Sequence record: CAXNAD020000001.1 | DNA: 32,000 nucleotides | Strand: one strand, 5' to 3' | Shown: in pieces, positions 28,131-32,000 of the stretch | Layout: each line of letters begins with the position of its first letter | How positions within the stretch are numbered: the first letter of the stretch is position 1 | Notes under the pieces: generated by a model | Told to the model about the DNA's origin: nothing | Seen by the model: the letters and a program-made list of their open reading frames with translations, nothing else | The model's database searches: none | Position numbers and translations under genes: made by a program

Positions 28131-28240
28131 ACAACTATTAATAATAAATGTATAAAGTTCTATATTTTCTTATATATAATAATTATATATTATATATAAG
28201 AAAATATAGAACTTTATACATTTATTATTAATAGTTGTAT
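28129..28240. repeat. 112-bp inverted repeat (53-bp perfect arms, 6-nt centre ATTATA) abutting the rpl19 start codon
   Basis: 28129-28181 pairs with 28188-28240, and all 53 pairs were checked. The left arm begins with the A and T of the rpl19 start codon (ATG on the minus strand = 28130-28128). Confidence 0.95.
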
Positions 28241-28267
28241 TTTATTATTAAAACTTTATAATAAATC

Positions 28268-28296
28268 TTGTCAAAAAAGATAAATTAGTGTATAAT
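28268..28296 (+). promoter_or_regulatory. sigma70-type promoter-like motif TTGTCA-N17-TATAAT upstream of rpl27
   Basis: TTGTCA lies at 28268-28273 and TATAAT at 28291-28296, with 17-nt spacing. It is 64 nt upstream of the rpl27 ATG and just outside the large palindrome. Confidence 0.3.
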
Positions 28297-28359
28297 AAAT
28301 TTAACTAATATAAGAATTTTTAAATCAACATATTTATTTTAATTTATATATATATATCT

Positions 28360-28602
28360 ATGGCTCATAAGAAAGGTGCAGGTAGTACTAAAAATGGACG
28401 TGATTCGAATCCTAAATATTTAGGTGTTAAATGTTATCAAGGACATCAAGTTAAAGCAGGTAATATTTTAATTAGACAACGAGGGTTAACTGTAAAACCT
28501 GGAGAAAATGTTGGTATTGGGAGAGATTATACTTTGTATGCTTTAAAATCAGGTATTGTAATTTTTAAGAAAAAAAAAAGAACGTTTATTTCTATCAATT
28601 AA
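28360..28602 (+). CDS. rpl27: ribosomal protein L27
   Basis: [24 protein letters not shown]...[26 protein letters not shown], canonical L27. Confidence 0.92.
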   Translation: MAHKKGAGSTKNGRDSNPKYLGVKCYQGHQVKAGNILIRQRGLTVKPGENVGIGRDYTLYALKSGIVIFKKKKRTFISIN

Positions 28603-28618
28603 TATATAAAATTAAGAC

Positions 28619-28648
28619 TTGATTTTTTTAATAGGTTTGTGGTATAAT
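28619..28648 (+). promoter_or_regulatory. promoter-like motif TTGATT-N18-(TGG)TATAAT upstream of clpC
   Basis: TTGATT lies at 28619-28624. TGGTATAAT at 28640-28648 fits an extended -10 (TGnTATAAT). It has the same -35 hexamer and spacing as the psbI-upstream motif. Confidence 0.25.
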
Positions 28649-28810
28649 AGTAATTATCATATAAACTTAGTTATATGATTGTAAATATTATTTCAATTAA
28701 AAATTGTAATATTTATAGTTAGGGTTGATATTTATGCATTAAAAATTTTTTTAAATCTGAATTATTAAATAATTTAGATTTATTATTTATTAATTAAGGA
28801 ATTAAAATTT

Positions 28811-31800
28811 ATGGTCTTTGAACGTTTTACAGAGCGCGCGATACAAGCAGTAATGAGATCACAAGAAGAAGCAAGACTTATTGGACATAATTTTGTTGGA
28901 ACGGAGCAAATTTTATTAGGATTAATGCGTGAAAAAGAAGGTATAACATGCCGTAATATAATGAAATTTAATGTTAGTCTTAATGATTTAAGATTAGAGG
29001 TAGAAAGAATAATTGGCCGTGGAAAAGGGTTTATTTCTTTAGAGATTCCATTTACTCCAAGAGCCAAACGTCTTCTTGAAATGTCAGTAATACAATCAAA
29101 ACAATTAAATCGTAGTTATGTAGCACCTGAGCATCTTCTTTTAGCAATACTGAATGACCAAAGTAGTATTTGTATAAATATATTGCAAAATCTTGATGTC
29201 GATATTGCAAAATTAAAAAAAAATGTATTATTTGAATTAGGTGAAATAACTGATGGTTACAATTCAAATTATGAAAATAATGGTATTATTGATGCCGAAA
29301 TCGTAGTTGATTATAATAATGATTATACTATGAATAATAGAAATATGAATCTTATTCAAGAACTTGAAGAAAATTTCAGTGATAATGAAGCTGAAGATGT
29401 TTTTATTAATGATAATATTCTTTTAGGGCGAAATAAAAAATTTACTGGAAATGAATATGAATATGAGAACGAAACTAAACTAAATAGTGACAATGAAAGT
29501 GAAGATGATCTTAATGACAATAAACCGAAAAAAAAACGAATATCAATGTTAGATTTTATATATGAAAAAAAAGATGAATATATTATAAAAAGTAAAAATC
29601 TTTTTTCTAAGAGATTTAGAAAAACTTTGAATTTCTTAGAGAGAAAAAATGACGATGAAAATGAATGGGAAGAAGAAAATAAAACAGATATTGAAAATTA
29701 TCCTGGAACTGAAAGTGATAATTATGTTGAAAGTGATATTGAAAGTGATATTGAAAGTGATATTGAAAACGATATTGAAAACGAAAAAAATAATATAGAA
29801 AAAAATAGTGAAGATGACGATTATAAACCTAAAGATTTATTTTTATATAATGATTTTGATGAAGAAGTTTTTAATAATCCAAATTTACAAGAATTTACTA
29901 GTGATTTAACTGCTGATGCCAAAGCAGGAAAATTAGATCCAATGATCGGTAGAGAAAATGAAATTGAACGTGTAATACAAATTTTAGGTCGTCGTCGAAA
30001 AAATAATCCTATTTTAATCGGCCCAGCTGGGGTAGGAAAAACAGCGGTAGCTGAAGGTTTAGCACAACAAATAATTGATAAAAAAGTACCAAGACAATTA
30101 CATAATTATAAAATTATTGTTTTAGATATAACTTTATTACTTGCAGGAACAAAATATCGAGGTGAATTTGAAGAAAGATTAAAATTAATTTTGGATGAAA
30201 TGAAAAGTTTTCCAAATATAATTATTGTAATTGATGAAGTTCATACTTTAGTTGGTGCTGGATCTGCAGAAGGAGCTTTAGATGCTGCAAATATTTTAAA
30301 ACCAGCCTTAGCTCGGGGTGAATTGCAATGTATAGGTGCAACAACAGTTGATGAATTTAGACAATATATCCAAAAAGATCCAGCTTTAGAACGTCGTTTT
30401 CAACCTGTTTGGGTAAATGAACCGAGTATTGAAGAAACCATAGCTATATTAAAAGGACTTCGAATGAGTTATGAACATCATCATCAAGTAAAAATTGAAG
30501 ATGAAGCAATAGAAGCAGCTGTAAAATTAGGTTCTCAGTATATAAATGACCGTTTTTTACCAGATAAAGCTATCGATTTAATTGATGAAGGAAGTTCAAG
30601 AGTAAGACATATTAATTGTAATTTACCTTTAGCGGTTCAAACTTTAGAAGGAGAATTATCAAATATTATATCTAAAAAAGATAAATCTGTTCGTGAACAA
30701 AATTATGAAAAAGCGGAAATTTATAAAAAACAAGAAAAAACAACTCGTGGTCATATGGCTTCTATAATTCGAGTTCAAGCAGAAGATAGAGCAGAAGCAG
30801 GCATGCCAGATGGCGTGCTTGATACATTAAAAGTAGATGCAGATGATATTGCTGCTATTGTAGCAGTTTGGACTGGTGTTCCAGTAACAAATATAACAGA
30901 AGATGAAAATAGTAGATTAATTGATTTAGAAAATCTACTTCATACAAGAATTATAGGTCAAAAAGAAGCCGTTAGTGCTATTGCTAGAGCTGTTCGACGA
31001 GCTCGATTAGGTATGCGTGATATGAATCGACCAATTGCAAGTTTCTTTTTTTCAGGACCAACTGGAGTAGGTAAAACAGAATTAACAAAAACATTAGCAT
31101 CTTTTTTCTTTGGAGCAGAAGATGCTATGGTACGTTTAGATATGTCTGAATATATGGAACGTCATACTGTAGCAAAATTAATTGGTTCACCTCCGGGATA
31201 TGTTGGTTATAGTGAAGGTGGAATATTAACAGAAGCTGTAAGACGAAAACCCTATACTCTTATTTTATTTGATGAAGTAGAAAAAGCTCATGCAGATATT
31301 TATAATTTATTATTACAAATTTTAGATGATGGTCGATTAACTGATTCACAAGGTCATACAGTAGATTTTACAAATACAATTATAATCATGACATCTAATT
31401 TAGGATCAACAGAAATTGATGAACAAGAAGTTCAACAAGAAGCTGAACAAAAAAATGAAAAAAGACGAGAAAAAGAAACAAAAAGACTTCTTGATGTATT
31501 AGATAAAAACCATGAAAAAAGAAATAATAATAATATTATTTCAAATTATGAGGAAGATGAAAATCTAGAAAAAAATGAAGAAAAAAAATTAACACCATAT
31601 GAACAGTTACGTGAAATTGTTATAAAAAGTTTAAAAAAATATTTTAGACCTGAATTTTTGAATCGTTTAGACGAAATTATTGTTTTTGAACAATTAACAA
31701 AAGAACATATAACGAAAATTGCTGATATTATGGTTAAAGATTTAATTAAACGTGTTCATGAAGAAAAAAATATAACACTTAATTTAAGTGAGAAAATGAT

Positions 31801-32000
31801 GAATCTTTTAGTTGAAGAAGGTTTCGATCCACAATATGGAGCTCGACCATTACGTCGAGCAATTGTTAAATTAATTGAAGATAATGTTTCTCTTGCTTTT
31901 TTAAGATATATGAAAGAAAAAGAAATGAAAAAAAATCCTGTTACTGTTAGTTTAGATGTTGATTCAAAAAATCAAGTTAAAGTTCATATAATAGAAACTG
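28811..32000 (+). CDS. clpC: Clp protease ATP-binding subunit ClpC (Hsp100), 5' ~1063 codons; runs off the right edge
   Basis: Not in the ORF track because it is open at the edge. I translated 28811-29990 codon by codon with no stop: [38 protein letters not shown] (Clp_N) ... [47 protein letters not shown] (D1 Walker A). Downstream are a UVR-like segment, [14 protein letters not shown] (D2 Walker A) and [18 protein letters not shown]. Confidence 0.93.
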   Translation, partial: MVFERFTERAIQAVMRSQEEARLIGHNFVGTEQILLGLMREKEGITCRNIMKFNVSLNDLRLEVERIIGRGKGFISLEIPFTPRAKRLLEMSVIQSKQLNRSYVAPEHLLLAILNDQSSICINILQNLDVDIAKLKKNVLFELGEITDGYNSNYENNGIIDAEIVVDYNNDYTMNNRNMNLIQELEENFSDNEAEDVFINDNILLGRNKKFTGNEYEYENETKLNSDNESEDDLNDNKPKKKRISMLDFIYEKKDEYIIKSKNLFSKRFRKTLNFLERKNDDENEWEEENKTDIENYPGTESDNYVESDIESDIESDIENDIENEKNNIEKNSEDDDYKPKDLFLYNDFDEEVFNNPNLQEFTSDLTADAKAGKLDPMIGRENEIERVIQILGRRRKNNPILIGPAGVGKTAVAEGLAQQIIDKKVPRQLHNYKIIVLDITLLLAGTKYRGEFEERLKLILDEMKSFPNIIIVIDEVHTLVGAGSAEGALDAANILKPALARGELQCIGATTVDEFRQYIQKDPALERRFQPVWVNEPSIEETIAILKGLRMSYEHHHQVKIEDEAIEAAVKLGSQYINDRFLPDKAIDLIDEGSSRVRHINCNLPLAVQTLEGELSNIISKKDKSVREQNYEKAEIYKKQEKTTRGHMASIIRVQAEDRAEAGMPDGVLDTLKVDADDIAAIVAVWTGVPVTNITEDENSRLIDLENLLHTRIIGQKEAVSAIARAVRRARLGMRDMNRPIASFFFSGPTGVGKTELTKTLASFFFGAEDAMVRLDMSEYMERHTVAKLIGSPPGYVGYSEGGILTEAVRRKPYTLILFDEVEKAHADIYNLLLQILDDGRLTDSQGHTVDFTNTIIIMTSNLGSTEIDEQEVQQEAEQKNEKRREKETKRLLDVLDKNHEKRNNNNIISNYEEDENLEKNEEKKLTPYEQLREIVIKSLKKYFRPEFLNRLDEIIVFEQLTKEHITKIADIMVKDLIKRVHEEKNITLNLSEKMMNLLVEEGFDPQYGARPLRRAIVKLIEDNVSLAFLRYMKEKEMKKNPVTVSLDVDSKNQVKVHIIET
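29729..29784 (+). repeat. in-frame 12-bp tandem repeat inside clpC (GAAAGTGATATT x3, GAAAACGATATT, partial)
   Basis: Encodes [20 protein letters not shown] related partial copy GAAAGTGATAAT lies at 29711-29722. Confidence 0.9.

Noticed and set aside
25288-28240. The long palindromes as mobile elements (MITE-like or IS remnants)
   Set aside because: The two elements share no sequence. Neither is flanked by recognisable target-site duplications, and there is no transposase or integrase ORF in the window. A single window gives no evidence of mobility, so they are kept only as structural findings.
28783-29267. Two minus-strand ORFs (94 and 71 aa) listed where the track shows no plus-strand gene
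   Set aside because: The plus strand here encodes the clear Clp_N domain of clpC. That gene is missing from the track only because it runs off the window. The minus-strand ORFs are antisense artefacts.
29729-29784. Possible CRISPR-like or satellite repeat
   Set aside because: It is a 12-bp in-frame tandem repeat with no spacers, inside a continuous clpC reading frame. It is a coding microsatellite, not a CRISPR array.

Overview
This window is a strongly AT-rich fragment (by eye about three quarters A+T, not computed) of a plastid genome. It comes from a red alga or a red-alga-derived complex plastid. Gene content is typical for that lineage. It includes photosystem I genes (psaA, psaB, psaC, psaD, psaF, psaJ) and photosystem II small subunits (psbI, psbK, psbV, psbX, psbZ). 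It also has cytochrome b6f and c6 genes (petG, petM, petN, petJ), the DPOR subunit chlB, and ycf54. Chaperone and protease genes are dnaK, groEL and clpC. Translocation and biogenesis genes are secA, secG, ccs1 and a Tic20/ycf60-like ORF. The rest are thiG, rpoB, ribosomal proteins (rps14, rps20, rpl19, rpl27, rpl34) and 12 tRNAs. Eight short genes (rpl34, psaJ, petG, psbK, petN, petM, psbX, psbI) and the two edge-truncated genes (rpoB, clpC) are absent or mis-bounded in the ORF track; I recovered them by manual translation. All stop codons I checked are TAA, and the standard code fits. I see no CRISPR array, no transposase or integrase, no introns and no multi-gene accessory system. It is an ordinary, densely packed organelle region. 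The items worth a second look are: (1) a tRNA with a CAU anticodon and a class-II-type long variable arm; (2) a 499-codon Lys/Asn-rich ORF with no family I can name with confidence, only a weak Tic22-like motif pattern; (3) two very long perfect or near-perfect palindromes of 82 and 112 bp, plus many smaller gene-end hairpins, one of which pairs with the 5' end of trnK; (4) a roughly 200-codon acidic, low-complexity, repeat-containing insertion in clpC; (5) an unusual number of non-Watson-Crick pairs in tRNA stems.
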